The notes under the pieces are model-generated. The model had not been told where the DNA came from. It saw nothing but the letters and a program-made list of their open reading frames with translations, and made no database searches. Below are positions 38,518 through 47,822 of a stretch of 64,000 nucleotides of DNA, piece after piece. The stretch comes from Candidatus Obscuribacteraceae bacterium (GTDB taxonomy: Bacteria; Cyanobacteriota; Vampirovibrionia; Obscuribacterales; Obscuribacteraceae): the NCBI GenBank assembly GCA_044229845.1, contig JBGASG010000001.1, positions 320,001-384,000 of the forward strand, written 5' to 3'. Within the stretch, counting starts at the first letter, position 1; every line of letters starts with the position of its first letter. A program made the translations under genes and the position numbers.

Positions 38518-41250
38518 CTAGCTGAACATCTCCCAGAAGCGCTTCTCTTTCGAGAAGTTGGTGGCTTCAGAATGTGCTGCTTCCAAAGCAGCCATGTACC
38601 GATCCCAGAGCGGGCGGATGTTGTCCGGCGTAGCGCCCTTGGCTTTCAAGGAATTGATCAACTCAACTGCTTGCGAGCGCAAGAAGGTCTGCACCTGCGG
38701 TACCTTGTCGGCTTTTGGATAAGATGCGAGCAAGGTGAGAGCGCCCTGGCGTTTCTTCTCAAGCGCATCGGCATCCACCGACTTGCCTGTCTGAAACTCG
38801 TTCCACGCATCGAGCAGAGCCTGGAAGAACTCAGCTACTTCTGCAGGCAACTTAGCGACTTTGTCCGACTTCTCGGCTTTCGCTTTATCTTGTAGTTGCT
38901 CCTCTTCCGGTGCAGCGCCGGCCTTGATGTTCATGTTGAAGTTGCGGTAGGGCGATACTTTCGGCTGCGGTGCAGGCGGCGGTGCCGCAGAGGCGGGCGC
39001 CGATCCTGGCGTAGGCGGTTCCTGATGCGCGGGGGCACTGCCTTCTGCGCATTGTTGGGAAAGCATGTTGTCCATTTCGTCGCCTTGAGCGCTGCCGCCA
39101 AATCCTCCACCAGCCATTGGTGCCGCTGCCGGTGAACCCCAGCCGCCTGTGACTGTACCCCAATCGTCCGCGGCACCACCGGCGCCACCGGCCGGCGGTG
39201 CCGACCAGCAGTTTGTTTGTTGATGCGGACTCGGTGCGGCTGCTCCGCGTTGCCGCGTCAGCTGACCCATCAGTGAACTGCCTGGACGGGCGAGTGATCT
39301 GGTCGGATCCGCCGGATCGACCCAACCTGCCGGTTCGTGCACCGGCTGGGTGACTTCCAGTCGCTTACCCGTACTGTTGGCGATTTCGGAGTGATCGATA
39401 GCCACAAACGCCGTGAAGCGTGTCAGGATTGAATGTTCGATTGAAAGTGCAATCAAGTCTTTGCGCAATTGAGCCAGGTAGTTGGGCTGCATGCGCATCT
39501 GGTCTTCGATGTCGATGATGCGTCCCTTGGCCCAGAGTTGCGAGATGGCTTTCACCTTCACCGCGACCGGTGACACCTTCTCTTCGAAGGTCTTTCCGTC
39601 GGGTAACGTGCCTTTGATCTTGACAGTGCCCTTCTTGTTCAATTTGAGGAAAACAGAGGCTCCGCGACCAGCGAAGACATCAGGTACGTTGTCGGGCGTC
39701 ACCGAATCTTTGACGACAATCTTGCCGGCATCGTCGATGGTGATGTCTGTCAAAACCGGCGGTCCGATTTCTCTTGCCACCGCACGCAGTGCTCCTTCTA
39801 TCTGCGCTCCGGGCTGCACAAACGTGGCCGTTCCCCCACCAAGCTGTGCAACCCGGCGCAGAAGCCCTGTGTTGACTGCGCTGTCCACGCCGAGAGTGAA
39901 CAGGCGAGCCCCCGCAATGCGGGACTGAATCAACTTGAAGATGCGGCTTTCGTCGCCGACATCTCCGTCGGTCAACAAGATAACAATCGGAATACGTGCT
40001 TCGGTAGCCTTGCCGTGCACCTTGAACAATTCGTCGAATGCCTGGTCGAGAGCCCAGTACATTTCGGTGCCGCCGCGGGCATTTATGGTCCGCAGATAGT
40101 CGCAGCCGAGTGCGATGCCGGCTTCGTCCGCCAGAGCGAAATTGCCGTTGCCGTTACGCACTTTGTTAGGGCTGTACCATTCAACTGTGTCATCGAATGC
40201 CGCGATGGCGAAGCGATCGGTCGGACGCAAGGTCGAGATCAAGTTGGCGCAGGAGCGCGCTGCCCAGACCATCTTTTCACCTTCCATAGAGCCGGAGCGG
40301 TCGAGGACGAAAACCACGTCTCTAGGAATTGTCAAAACAACTTCGGAAGCCGGCGGCAAAATGGAGAGCATGCCGTAAAGGTCGCCGTTTTCGGCAGTGT
40401 AAGTAATCAGGTTGCTGGTGATCTTATTCGAAGATAGACGCCAGCTGAGAACAAAGTCGCGGTCCATCAACTCGTCCGAGCGCGACAGTCCCACTTTCAG
40501 CGAGTCGGCGCTCATACCGACTTTGGTGGCGTGCTGCGAACAACTGAGATCGTCGACGATCAGACCTTCGCCGGTGGCGATATCAACTTCTATATTGAGT
40601 GCCACCTTCGGATCGAACCCCGGCGCCAACCGGGGCGGAGTGATACGCGACGCATCCGGAACAATGTCCGTGTCGCTTTCTGTGCCAGTGCCTACACCAG
40701 GTCCCTCTTCGGCTTCGCCGGGGATATATCGCGGTGCCACCACCAGGGGGAGCATAATTTCAGTGCGTCCATCTTCGAAGAAAACCAGTTTTTCCGAATA
40801 GGTAAGGACAACTGAGACTTCTTCATTCGGTGGAATATTGCCGACTTGTACGGTGAAAACGTCGTCGCGCTCTTGTTCGAGCAATGCGGCGCGTTTGCCT
40901 TCCTGTAATGCTTGCTGATAGTTGGCGCGGGCTTGACCTCGCTCTTCAACAACGCCTTTGACGACGCGAGTGCCGACGCGCATTTCGAAGTCGCTGACGG
41001 CGCAGCCGCCGGACAGAGGAAACACATAGATGCACTCGATGGCTTCAGCGTGGTCGTTGACGAACTTCTGATGCACTCTCACTGTGGCGATGCGGTCTGC
41101 TACTTGAGCCTGTATTTCGACTCCGGCAAGCGGCAGACGAATCTTCGTCAGTGCAGCGGCTGCGGATACCAACTCGCCGAGTCCGCGCTGATGTTGCCCG
41201 ACCGGCAACGTGATAAGTGGTAGTTTCTGCATACTGGCAGCGGTACTCAT
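38518..41250 (-). CDS. VIT + vWA domain protein
   Basis: VIT domain (ATVRVHQKFVN...YVFPL...GNIPP); vWA MIDAS motifs DRSGSM, GGT, LTDG. Confidence 0.9.
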   Translation of the reverse strand: MSTAASMQKLPLITLPVGQHQRGLGELVSAAAALTKIRLPLAGVEIQAQVADRIATVRVHQKFVNDHAEAIECIYVFPLSGGCAVSDFEMRVGTRVVKGVVEERGQARANYQQALQEGKRAALLEQERDDVFTVQVGNIPPNEEVSVVLTYSEKLVFFEDGRTEIMLPLVVAPRYIPGEAEEGPGVGTGTESDTDIVPDASRITPPRLAPGFDPKVALNIEVDIATGEGLIVDDLSCSQHATKVGMSADSLKVGLSRSDELMDRDFVLSWRLSSNKITSNLITYTAENGDLYGMLSILPPASEVVLTIPRDVVFVLDRSGSMEGEKMVWAARSCANLISTLRPTDRFAIAAFDDTVEWYSPNKVRNGNGNFALADEAGIALGCDYLRTINARGGTEMYWALDQAFDELFKVHGKATEARIPIVILLTDGDVGDESRIFKLIQSRIAGARLFTLGVDSAVNTGLLRRVAQLGGGTATFVQPGAQIEGALRAVAREIGPPVLTDITIDDAGKIVVKDSVTPDNVPDVFAGRGASVFLKLNKKGTVKIKGTLPDGKTFEEKVSPVAVKVKAISQLWAKGRIIDIEDQMRMQPNYLAQLRKDLIALSIEHSILTRFTAFVAIDHSEIANSTGKRLEVTQPVHEPAGWVDPADPTRSLARPGSSLMGQLTRQRGAAAPSPHQQTNCWSAPPAGGAGGAADDWGTVTGGWGSPAAAPMAGGGFGGSAQGDEMDNMLSQQCAEGSAPAHQEPPTPGSAPASAAPPPAPQPKVSPYRNFNMNIKAGAAPEEEQLQDKAKAEKSDKVAKLPAEVAEFFQALLDAWNEFQTGKSVDADALEKKRQGALTLLASYPKADKVPQVQTFLRSQAVELINSLKAKGATPDNIRPLWDRYMAALEAAHSEATNFSKEKRFWEMFS

Positions 41251-41266
41251 GTTAGTTTCCCCTCCG

Positions 41267-41809
41267 TTATTCCCGTCCCCGGGAATTTGATAGTGAATTC
41301 AAGATCGCTCGCAGCCTCTCCACGGCTGCATCCACGTCTTCGTCCGGAACCCAGGTTGCCTCCACCATCAGTTTCAGACCAGGTTCGACTTCTACTTCGC
41401 GCCAGATAACCGTTTGGATTTGGTTGCCTTGTCCCGCCCGCGAACCGACGGCGGTGATTGGTGCGCCCTGATCAGCGGCTTCGGCGAATGCGGTGAGCAT
41501 CAGCTCGAGTTCGTGATCCGTGCGGCCGTAGATGCGGGACTGGATATCAGACAAAGGTAGCAGTCGCGCTTGCAACGCCTTGATAGCAAGAACTTGCAGA
41601 ACGTGGCGTTTGGTGTAGCGCGCCTGGCGCCCTTCGATTGTTGGCCGATCGATCAATCCAAGACTTGTGTAATACCGAATAGTGCGAATGTCGGGTGCCT
41701 GCGAGACACGATGGTCCTGCTGGGCGCCGAGCAGCTGGTAAGTAGCCAGCGCTTGCTCGACCTCGATACGAAGCTCCTCCAGTGATAGCGATGGAATTTG
41801 TGTGACCAT
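41267..41809 (-). CDS. MerR-family HTH transcriptional regulator
   Basis: RTIRYYTSLGLIDRP..GRQARYTKRHV..IKALQ..LPLSDI. ATG 41809 lies directly after a sigma70 promoter. Confidence 0.85.
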   Translation of the reverse strand: MVTQIPSLSLEELRIEVEQALATYQLLGAQQDHRVSQAPDIRTIRYYTSLGLIDRPTIEGRQARYTKRHVLQVLAIKALQARLLPLSDIQSRIYGRTDHELELMLTAFAEAADQGAPITAVGSRAGQGNQIQTVIWREVEVEPGLKLMVEATWVPDEDVDAAVERLRAILNSLSNSRGRE

Positions 41810-41845
41810 GACAGTAATATAGCGCGATTGCTGTAATGCTGTCAA
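41810..41845 (-). promoter_or_regulatory. Sigma70 promoter TTGACA-N18-TATATT, 6 nt before ATG (leaderless), overlapped by a dyad
   Basis: -35 at 41845-41840, -10 at 41821-41816; ACAGTAAT-N8-ATTGCTGT inverted repeat at 41811-41834. Confidence 0.7.
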
Positions 41846-41950
41846 GGTTGCTGTAAGCAATGCCCCCAGCGCCACTGGGCGCCTGTCTCAGTGTTCACTC
41901 ATGCGGAATTACGACAGTTTTTGCATATTTACTGTCACAATCGACGCTGA

Positions 41951-42126
41951 GTGTGCCGAGGCGGTTAAATACTGGCGTTTAGCATTTGACCGCCTCGGCG
42001 GCCGCAATACCTTCGAAACGGCCGCCACTGCGGTCATTCTCATCGGTGATGGCCGCTATGGCGGTCGTTTCAACGAATCTCTGGCCGCCACGGCGGTCAC
42101 GAGTGATCTAGTCCGCCGAGCGGACA
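41951..42126. repeat. Array of six ~16-nt GC-rich palindromic units forming three long doublet hairpins (REPIN/BIME-like or ncRNA)
   Basis: Units at 41951, 41988, 42020, 42051, 42083 and 42111; consensus G(G/A)CCGCnnn(n)GCGG(T/C)C. Confidence 0.7.
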
Positions 42127-42190
42127 ATCCTCTGATGTGATGGAGATGGGGGGTGTCAGCCGGATCGGACGCTATGCGAGAATAGCCCTC

Positions 42191-42748
42191 ATGGCCGCCA
42201 AGAAAATCAAGAATAAGAAGAAAGGCGACGACTCGGCATCCGGCGGGCGCGGCGAGGGATCTGGAGGCGGACCACTTGGCGGTGGCGCCTCCGCATCGTC
42301 ACTTAATCCGCAGTCGGTGACGTACAAGAGGGCGCGCTGGAAGCACTTCATGCGGTTCGGCGCGTTCCTGATGGTGCTGCTCATGGACAGCAGTTTCGTC
42401 TACACCGCCTGGAAAGCGCATGCCATCTTGCACATGGCGTTTCGTCCGCAGGAGATGTTCGGGTACTTCCTTCTGACAGTAATGAATATGTTTCTTCTCC
42501 CCTCAATGGTGCTTGAGGTCGACAAAGTGATCGTCACTCCGGAGAAGATTGTTCTTCATAACCTGGTCTGGAAGTTTCAGGAGAAGTGGGACGAGCTTCG
42601 CAAATTCAGCCAGCCGATTTTTCTCAAGTTCGCCATCCTATATGGAAGCCACGGCGTCTACTTGATCAATAAGAAGGACCTGGGCGTCGAAGAATACCAA
42701 ACACTTGTTGAAACTATTGAGCACAAAGCGGCGCATCTCCAGAAATAG
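42191..42748 (+). CDS. Hypothetical membrane protein (2 TM + PH-like C-terminus)
   Basis: Two hydrophobic helices followed by a beta-rich segment. ORF open from 42137. Confidence 0.7.
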   Translation: MAAKKIKNKKKGDDSASGGRGEGSGGGPLGGGASASSLNPQSVTYKRARWKHFMRFGAFLMVLLMDSSFVYTAWKAHAILHMAFRPQEMFGYFLLTVMNMFLLPSMVLEVDKVIVTPEKIVLHNLVWKFQEKWDELRKFSQPIFLKFAILYGSHGVYLINKKDLGVEEYQTLVETIEHKAAHLQK

Positions 42749-42840
42749 CTTATACTTCCCTTTGCGCTGAAACCCAGTTGGCAAGGCAATCAAGCAACTC
42801 CGCCGCAGCGCAGGCAGAGGGAGATTGGATTCACTCAGTC

Positions 42841-43275
42841 ATGGCTAAAGGAAAGATACGCGTTCTCATTGGCAAACCCGGTCTGGACGGACACGACCGT
42901 GGTGCCAAAATTGTCGCGCGTGCACTGCGCGATGCCGGCATGGAAGTGATTTATACCGGGCTGCATCGTTCGCCCGAGGAGATAGTCGAGACAGCCATTC
43001 AGGAAGATGTCGACGCCATTGGTCTGAGCATCCTATCCGGCGCCCACATGACGCTCTTCCCGCGCATTCTGGAATTGCTTAAGGAGCAGGACGCGTCAGA
43101 TATTCTCCTTTTCGGCGGCGGCATTATCCCCGAAGAAGACCGGCAGGCGCTGCTCGACGCTGGAGTTTCCGAGATATTCGTCCCGGGTGGTGCCACCCAG
43201 CGCACTATCGAGTTTCTGAAAGCCCATTTCGCTGCTAAGCCTGATGACGTCGAAGAACCAGTCAAGAAACGATAA
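42841..43275 (+). CDS. Methylmalonyl-CoA mutase C-terminal cobalamin-binding subunit
   Basis: [12 protein letters not shown] (DxHxxG), [25 protein letters not shown]. Confidence 0.93.
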   Translation: MAKGKIRVLIGKPGLDGHDRGAKIVARALRDAGMEVIYTGLHRSPEEIVETAIQEDVDAIGLSILSGAHMTLFPRILELLKEQDASDILLFGGGIIPEEDRQALLDAGVSEIFVPGGATQRTIEFLKAHFAAKPDDVEEPVKKR

Positions 43276-43468
43276 GCAAAAATTGGCTTGCCAAGAGCGT
43301 ATTTACCGTGTGTCTGAAAATGCTCGGGGCGGGGTATATAAAGAGATGGGTTCTGATTCGAATGATTCGAAGCTTAATTTTGCCCGGCAAAGTTAAAAAA
43401 AGCGAAACAAGCCCATGACAGCCGTGTTATATTCTGGACACTCATCTGGTTGACAGGAGTCACCTTCG

Positions 43469-43678
43469 TTGGACCAACCTGATAACACCAAACAAGGCAA
43501 ACCATCGTGGCAAGCTTTTGCTGAAGCGTTCTTCCCCCTCGAAGCAACGTTAATCAGAGAAAGCATCAACGTCGTCAATGAGGCCCTGCCTCAAAGAAAC
43601 GAGGCAGTTGCTATGACCGCTTCCGCAAGCGCTCATGCCTTCCTCCGACATGCTGGCGACAGCGTGTACGACACCTAA
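43469..43678 (+). CDS. Putative antitoxin (69 aa)
   Basis: AGGAG 9 nt before TTG; upstream of PemK. C-terminus ASASAHAFLRHAGDSVYDT resembles the acidic/aromatic tails of PemK-associated antitoxins. Confidence 0.5.
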   Translation: MDQPDNTKQGKPSWQAFAEAFFPLEATLIRESINVVNEALPQRNEAVAMTASASAHAFLRHAGDSVYDT

Positions 43679-43795
43679 GTCCCGGTCTCACGCCTGAAAT
43701 CGACGAATTGCACCCGCCTGAGTCATCAGGGGGGCTTTCGCGTACTGGTACAATGAATTGGCGTTCCTGTACCTGAACTTCGAGCAAAACTTACT

Positions 43796-44272
43796 ATTAC
43801 TGAGCCTTCTTCGCCTGCTTCCGCCTCAAAACCGCCTTTGTACCGCAAGGGCGATGTCGTGCTGGTCGCCTTTCCTTACACAACCGACGACGGTCAGACC
43901 CAGACGAAGCGCCGACCCGCGGTGATTATTTCCAACGACTACAACAACGCCCGCCTCGATGATGTGCTGCTGGTGCCCCTGACCAGCAACGTTTCCCGCG
44001 CCACGCGCGAGCCCACCCAGGTCACCGTCGAGATGAACAGCCCCGAAGGGAAAGCAGGCGGATTGCGTCTCGATAGCGTCATCGACTGCACGGTCATCGC
44101 CACCATTCCCAAAACACTTCTGGTCAACAAGATCGGCGCCTTTCCCAACGAGGTGATGGAGCGGGTCGACATGTGCCTGATGGTGGCTCTATCGATCGGG
44201 CGCCCCGTGCAGCAGGATCGCACCTCCTACCCTGAATTCGGTCAGACCGCCAGCGGTGGCGAACGCAAGTAA
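43796..44272 (+). CDS. PemK/MazF-family endoribonuclease toxin, copy 1 (ATT 43796 or TTG 43838 start)
   Basis: RKGDVVLVAFP, KRRPAVIISN, VPLTS, GLRLDSVI, KIG. Confidence 0.92.
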   Translation: MTEPSSPASASKPPLYRKGDVVLVAFPYTTDDGQTQTKRRPAVIISNDYNNARLDDVLLVPLTSNVSRATREPTQVTVEMNSPEGKAGGLRLDSVIDCTVIATIPKTLLVNKIGAFPNEVMERVDMCLMVALSIGRPVQQDRTSYPEFGQTASGGERK

Positions 44273-44296
44273 TTCGATCGGGCAATAGCCCATCAG

Positions 44297-44467
44297 TTGA
44301 CTGTTTCGCCGATTGCGGAACAGGCGCTCTTGTCTATCGTCGAAGTAACCAGGTCCAACGAACCTGTCCACCAGATTACCAACACAGACCAATATCGAGA
44401 GTCCGGAAAACTGGAAGAGATTTCTCTGGCCGATTCACGAAGGCGCCAGATGGGCTTAGAAGAGTGA
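44297..44467 (+). CDS. Possible 56-aa antitoxin-like ORF between the two toxins
   Basis: MTVSPIAEQALLSIVEVTRSNEPVHQITNTDQYRESGKLEEISLADSRRRQMGLEE*; its TGA overlaps GTG 44464 (GTGA) of toxin 2. Confidence 0.35.
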   Translation: MTVSPIAEQALLSIVEVTRSNEPVHQITNTDQYRESGKLEEISLADSRRRQMGLEE

Positions 44468-44937
44468 GACGCACTATGCATCCGTTATCCCACAGACACC
44501 TTTTTACTACGCCTATTACCGAAACGACCACACCGCAAGCGCAAGCCGGGAAGCCGCCCTTGTACCGCAAGGGCGATGTTGTGCTGGTGTCGTTTCCTTA
44601 CACCACCGACGACGGGCAGACGCAGACCAAACGCCGCCCGGCAGTGATTATCTCCAACGACTACAACAATGCGCGCCTTGATGATGTGCTGCTGGTGCCT
44701 CTGACCAGCAATACCTCCCGCGGTGCGCGCGAACCGACGCAGGTTTTCGTCGAGATGAACTCCAGCGAAGGCAAAGCCGGCGGGTTGCGACTGGACAGCG
44801 TCATCGACTGCACGGTCATTGCCACCATTCCTAAAACGCTTTTGGTCACCAAGATCGGTGCGTTTCCGAATGAAGTGATGGAACGCGTTGATATGTGCCT
44901 GATGATCGCGCTTTCGATCGGTCGCCCGGTGCTTTAG
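44464..44937 (+). CDS. PemK/MazF-family endoribonuclease toxin, copy 2
   Basis: Same motifs as copy 1; 116/124 core residues identical (hand count). Start uncertain. Confidence 0.92.
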   Translation: MRRTMHPLSHRHLFTTPITETTTPQAQAGKPPLYRKGDVVLVSFPYTTDDGQTQTKRRPAVIISNDYNNARLDDVLLVPLTSNTSRGAREPTQVFVEMNSSEGKAGGLRLDSVIDCTVIATIPKTLLVTKIGAFPNEVMERVDMCLMIALSIGRPVL

Positions 44938-44955
44938 TCCCGCGACCTGATAGAT

Positions 44956-45741
44956 CTAGGCTTTGGTAGAAACCACTACTTTGGCGCCCACCGTCGAGGA
45001 CAGTGCTTCAGTGGCGCGCCCGCAGTTGACGGATATTTCGACGAAGCCGTGGCTTCCCACAAAGGCGTTCGGCTTGCCGCGCGCTACCGACGAATAAGTG
45101 GTGCCCAGCGTCAGCGTGGTGCCGTTGATGGTGAAGCGCACGTTGGTGGCTTCCGGATTCAGGCGAATGTTGGTGATCAGGTTGCCGAAGCGGTCGACAT
45201 AGATCACTCGTCCGGTCATGACCGGCGGTGCTTCGACGAATTCGTAATGCGACAGTTTGACGATGTCCGAGACTGCCATCTCTTTGCCGAATTCTTCCGG
45301 ACGCATCCCGCAGGCAAGAAACGCGCACACAGGTCCGAAGATATCGCGGGCATGGAAGCTGCTGGATACGTCGCGGCGCCAGAAGTTCTGGTTGGTCAGC
45401 TGGTATGCCTGCCACTGCTCGTGGTGGTCGTTGAGCAAGTACGAGCAAAGCCCGTTGTCCGGACCGACGAATGAGTGATGCTTGCCGCGCAGAAGAATGC
45501 CCTTGCGATCGGAGCCGACGCCGGGATCGACGACGCCCAGGTGAATGCTGCCGGCGGGAAACTGTTTATACGCGTTATAGATGATGAATGCGCCAGCGCC
45601 GACATCCCACGCTTCGATGTCGTGCGATATATCAACGATCGGCACCGACTGCGAAATCGTCGTCATGACACCTTTGACGATGCCTGTGTAGCCATCTTTC
45701 TGTCCAAAGTCAGTGGTAAATGTGATGACGCTGTTTGTCAT
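44956..45741 (-). CDS. SAM hydroxide adenosyltransferase (DUF62; chlorinase/fluorinase family)
   Basis: ITFTTDFG, DISHDI, VVDPGVGS, GPDNG, SSFHARDIF, VDRFGN. Confidence 0.92.
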   Translation of the reverse strand: MTNSVITFTTDFGQKDGYTGIVKGVMTTISQSVPIVDISHDIEAWDVGAGAFIIYNAYKQFPAGSIHLGVVDPGVGSDRKGILLRGKHHSFVGPDNGLCSYLLNDHHEQWQAYQLTNQNFWRRDVSSSFHARDIFGPVCAFLACGMRPEEFGKEMAVSDIVKLSHYEFVEAPPVMTGRVIYVDRFGNLITNIRLNPEATNVRFTINGTTLTLGTTYSSVARGKPNAFVGSHGFVEISVNCGRATEALSSTVGAKVVVSTKA

Positions 45742-45776
45742 TGTGGGGCACTCTCGCTCTCGTGTTTGTTGCATGT

Positions 45777-46178
45777 TCAGGGACTTTCACTTCCGGTGTG
45801 GGCTAAAACTGTGGCGCAGGCATACTCGCGCTCGTGACTGATTGACACTTCCCAATCGGTCAACTTTCTGCGCGCGGCAATTTGCACGGCGCGTCCATGC
45901 AGCTTGACCGTCGGTTCGCCGGACGGCTTGTGCACGATTTCCACTTCCTTCCAATCGAGACCGTACCAGCCGGTGCCCAGCGCTTTGGCTGCCGCTTCTT
46001 TGGCTGCGAATCTACCGGATAGACGACTGACTGTGTGTTTCGGCGCGCTCAATACGTAGCGCATTTCGTGCTCCGTCAGGATGCGACGCAAAAGCCGTTC
46101 GCCAAACTTGGCGTACGCCTGGGCAACGCGGGAGGTCGAGCAAATGTCAGTGCCGATTTTGATTGTCACGATTGCCAC
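45777..46178 (-). CDS. acpS: Holo-ACP synthase
   Basis: IGTDI, GRFAAKEAAAKALGTG, SISHE. Confidence 0.95.
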   Translation of the reverse strand: MAIVTIKIGTDICSTSRVAQAYAKFGERLLRRILTEHEMRYVLSAPKHTVSRLSGRFAAKEAAAKALGTGWYGLDWKEVEIVHKPSGEPTVKLHGRAVQIAARRKLTDWEVSISHEREYACATVLAHTGSESP

Positions 46179-46189
46179 CAGACAGATTT

Positions 46190-46762
46190 CTAGGCGCCCA
46201 GATCGTCGGCGTCGACGCGCGTTCCATACAAATAAACTTGCTCGGGGGCCGGCAACTCGGCATGTATGTCGCTGACGGTTTTGCCCTTCGTCGGATGCTG
46301 CAAGTCCGGTGCAATCTCCAGTAGTGGAACCAACGCATAAGCGCGTGTATCCAGCCCGGGGTGAGGAACTCTCAGGTAGGACGTCTCGACTTCCTCTTCG
46401 CCGTAAAACAGAATGTCCAGATCGATGATACGCGTCTTGGTCATGCCGTTCGGACCCGCATGGAAAATCTCAGGCGATTCAGAGCCGGCCAGCACGCTCA
46501 AGCGCATCTCGATTTCTTTGCAGACGTCGAGCAACTCGCGTGGACGCAGATTGGTTTCAATTGCCGCCACGGCGTTCACAAACCATTCGCTGTACTCGCG
46601 ACCGACTGGTTCGGTTTCGTACAGGCTGGAGCACTCGACAACTTCGATGTTGTCGTGGTCCTTGAGGAGCTGCATGGCTTGCTGTACAAAGCCCAGCCGG
46701 TCTCCTTCATTGGAGCCCAATCCGATGAAGCAGCGAACCCAATTGCCGTTAGCGTCGGACAT
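46190..46762 (-). CDS. folK: 6-hydroxymethyl-7,8-dihydropterin pyrophosphokinase
   Basis: IGLGSNEGDR, SSLYETEP, FVNAV, RIIDLDILFY, VPHP..RAYALVPL. Confidence 0.95.
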   Translation of the reverse strand: MSDANGNWVRCFIGLGSNEGDRLGFVQQAMQLLKDHDNIEVVECSSLYETEPVGREYSEWFVNAVAAIETNLRPRELLDVCKEIEMRLSVLAGSESPEIFHAGPNGMTKTRIIDLDILFYGEEEVETSYLRVPHPGLDTRAYALVPLLEIAPDLQHPTKGKTVSDIHAELPAPEQVYLYGTRVDADDLGA

Positions 46763-46854
46763 CGGCGGCAGCCGTTCCTTATATCAAACAGAACACTCGT
46801 TTCCCGGCAGATTATATCTACTGGGAGCACTTGTGTGGGCCCCTTGGCGTCGCA

Positions 46855-47544
46855 TCAGCTGCCGATTGCCGCCACCAATTTTGCCGTCTCGCAAAGCGTG
46901 TCGAAGAGGTGATCCGGGCTGAGCGCCTCCAGGTCTGACTTGGGCGTGCGCCCTGTCGCCACCGCGATCGAACGCGCTCCATAACCCTTGGCGCAGAGCA
47001 CGTCATTGACCGCATCGCCGATGATGACGATATCCGCGGGCGTAAAGTCCTGCTCGAAGTGGTCTATGGCGCGCTTATGAGCGATCGCCGGCAATTGCAT
47101 GCGGTCATGAGAATCGCTGCCGTAAGCGCCCATGGGGAAGAAACGGTTGAGGCTGAACGGTTGCAGCTTAATGCGCGCCCCCGGCTCAATATTGCCCGTC
47201 AATAAACCCAGATTAGCCCAGGAAGCTGTCGCCAGTTCTTCCAGCAGCTCGATGACGCCCCCGTGCACGGTCATCTCGCGCGACTTAGCTACCTCGCGCT
47301 CCAGGCGCGGTAAGTAGACCTCGAATGTCTTGAGCAGCAGCTGATCGAGATCATCGTGGTCGTGACCGTTGTGAATCAGTGCTTCGCGAATAATTTGCGG
47401 GTCAGTTTTTCCGGACAGGCTCAGTCCATCCATGTTGATATGCCGGCCGCAACTCTCGGTGAGAGCGGCTTCCAGAGCCCGTCTGCCCACTCCTGCGGAG
47501 TGCAGCATTGTTTCGTCGATATCAAACAGAATCAGACGCTTCAT
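46855..47544 (-). CDS. HAD-superfamily hydrolase
   Basis: LFDIDET, LLTGN, IIGDAVND. Confidence 0.9.
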   Translation of the reverse strand: MKRLILFDIDETMLHSAGVGRRALEAALTESCGRHINMDGLSLSGKTDPQIIREALIHNGHDHDDLDQLLLKTFEVYLPRLEREVAKSREMTVHGGVIELLEELATASWANLGLLTGNIEPGARIKLQPFSLNRFFPMGAYGSDSHDRMQLPAIAHKRAIDHFEQDFTPADIVIIGDAVNDVLCAKGYGARSIAVATGRTPKSDLEALSPDHLFDTLCETAKLVAAIGS

Positions 47545-47822
47545 TGCTATCGAAATCTCTCCTCGGGGGTGGCTAAGATTTTACCGCATCGGCTTCGGCA
47601 GAGGAAATTGGTCGCTTTCCCTCGCTGCACCAAATATGGTGGCAGCACCAGAATGCTCCCTGCCGGTGTCATTGATCATACCCAACCCGCCAATCCGACA
47701 ACTGGCGGCGCGTTTTCCCGGGACGGCAGGTAAAGTCATGCAACAGCCTGCTTTTGCCAGCTTGAGGCGGTTTGCGGACGGGCACATATGAATCAGCAGG
47801 AGCCCGATTCCGCCGCGTTTAC

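Noticed and set aside
41951..42126. CRISPR array
   Set aside because: Repeats are ~16 nt, degenerate and of mixed orientation; most spacers are only 12-16 nt; no cas genes. Kept as a palindromic array instead.
43415..43453. TGA readthrough or selenocysteine extension of the 43469 ORF from ATG 43415
   Set aside because: The TTG at 43469 has its own AGGAG SD, and no SECIS-like hairpin or Cys/Sec context is evident.
44956..45741. Halogenase (fluorinase/chlorinase) biosynthetic cluster
   Set aside because: Housekeeping context (acpS, folK) with no biosynthetic genes; the widespread DUF62 SAM hydrolase is the more parsimonious call.
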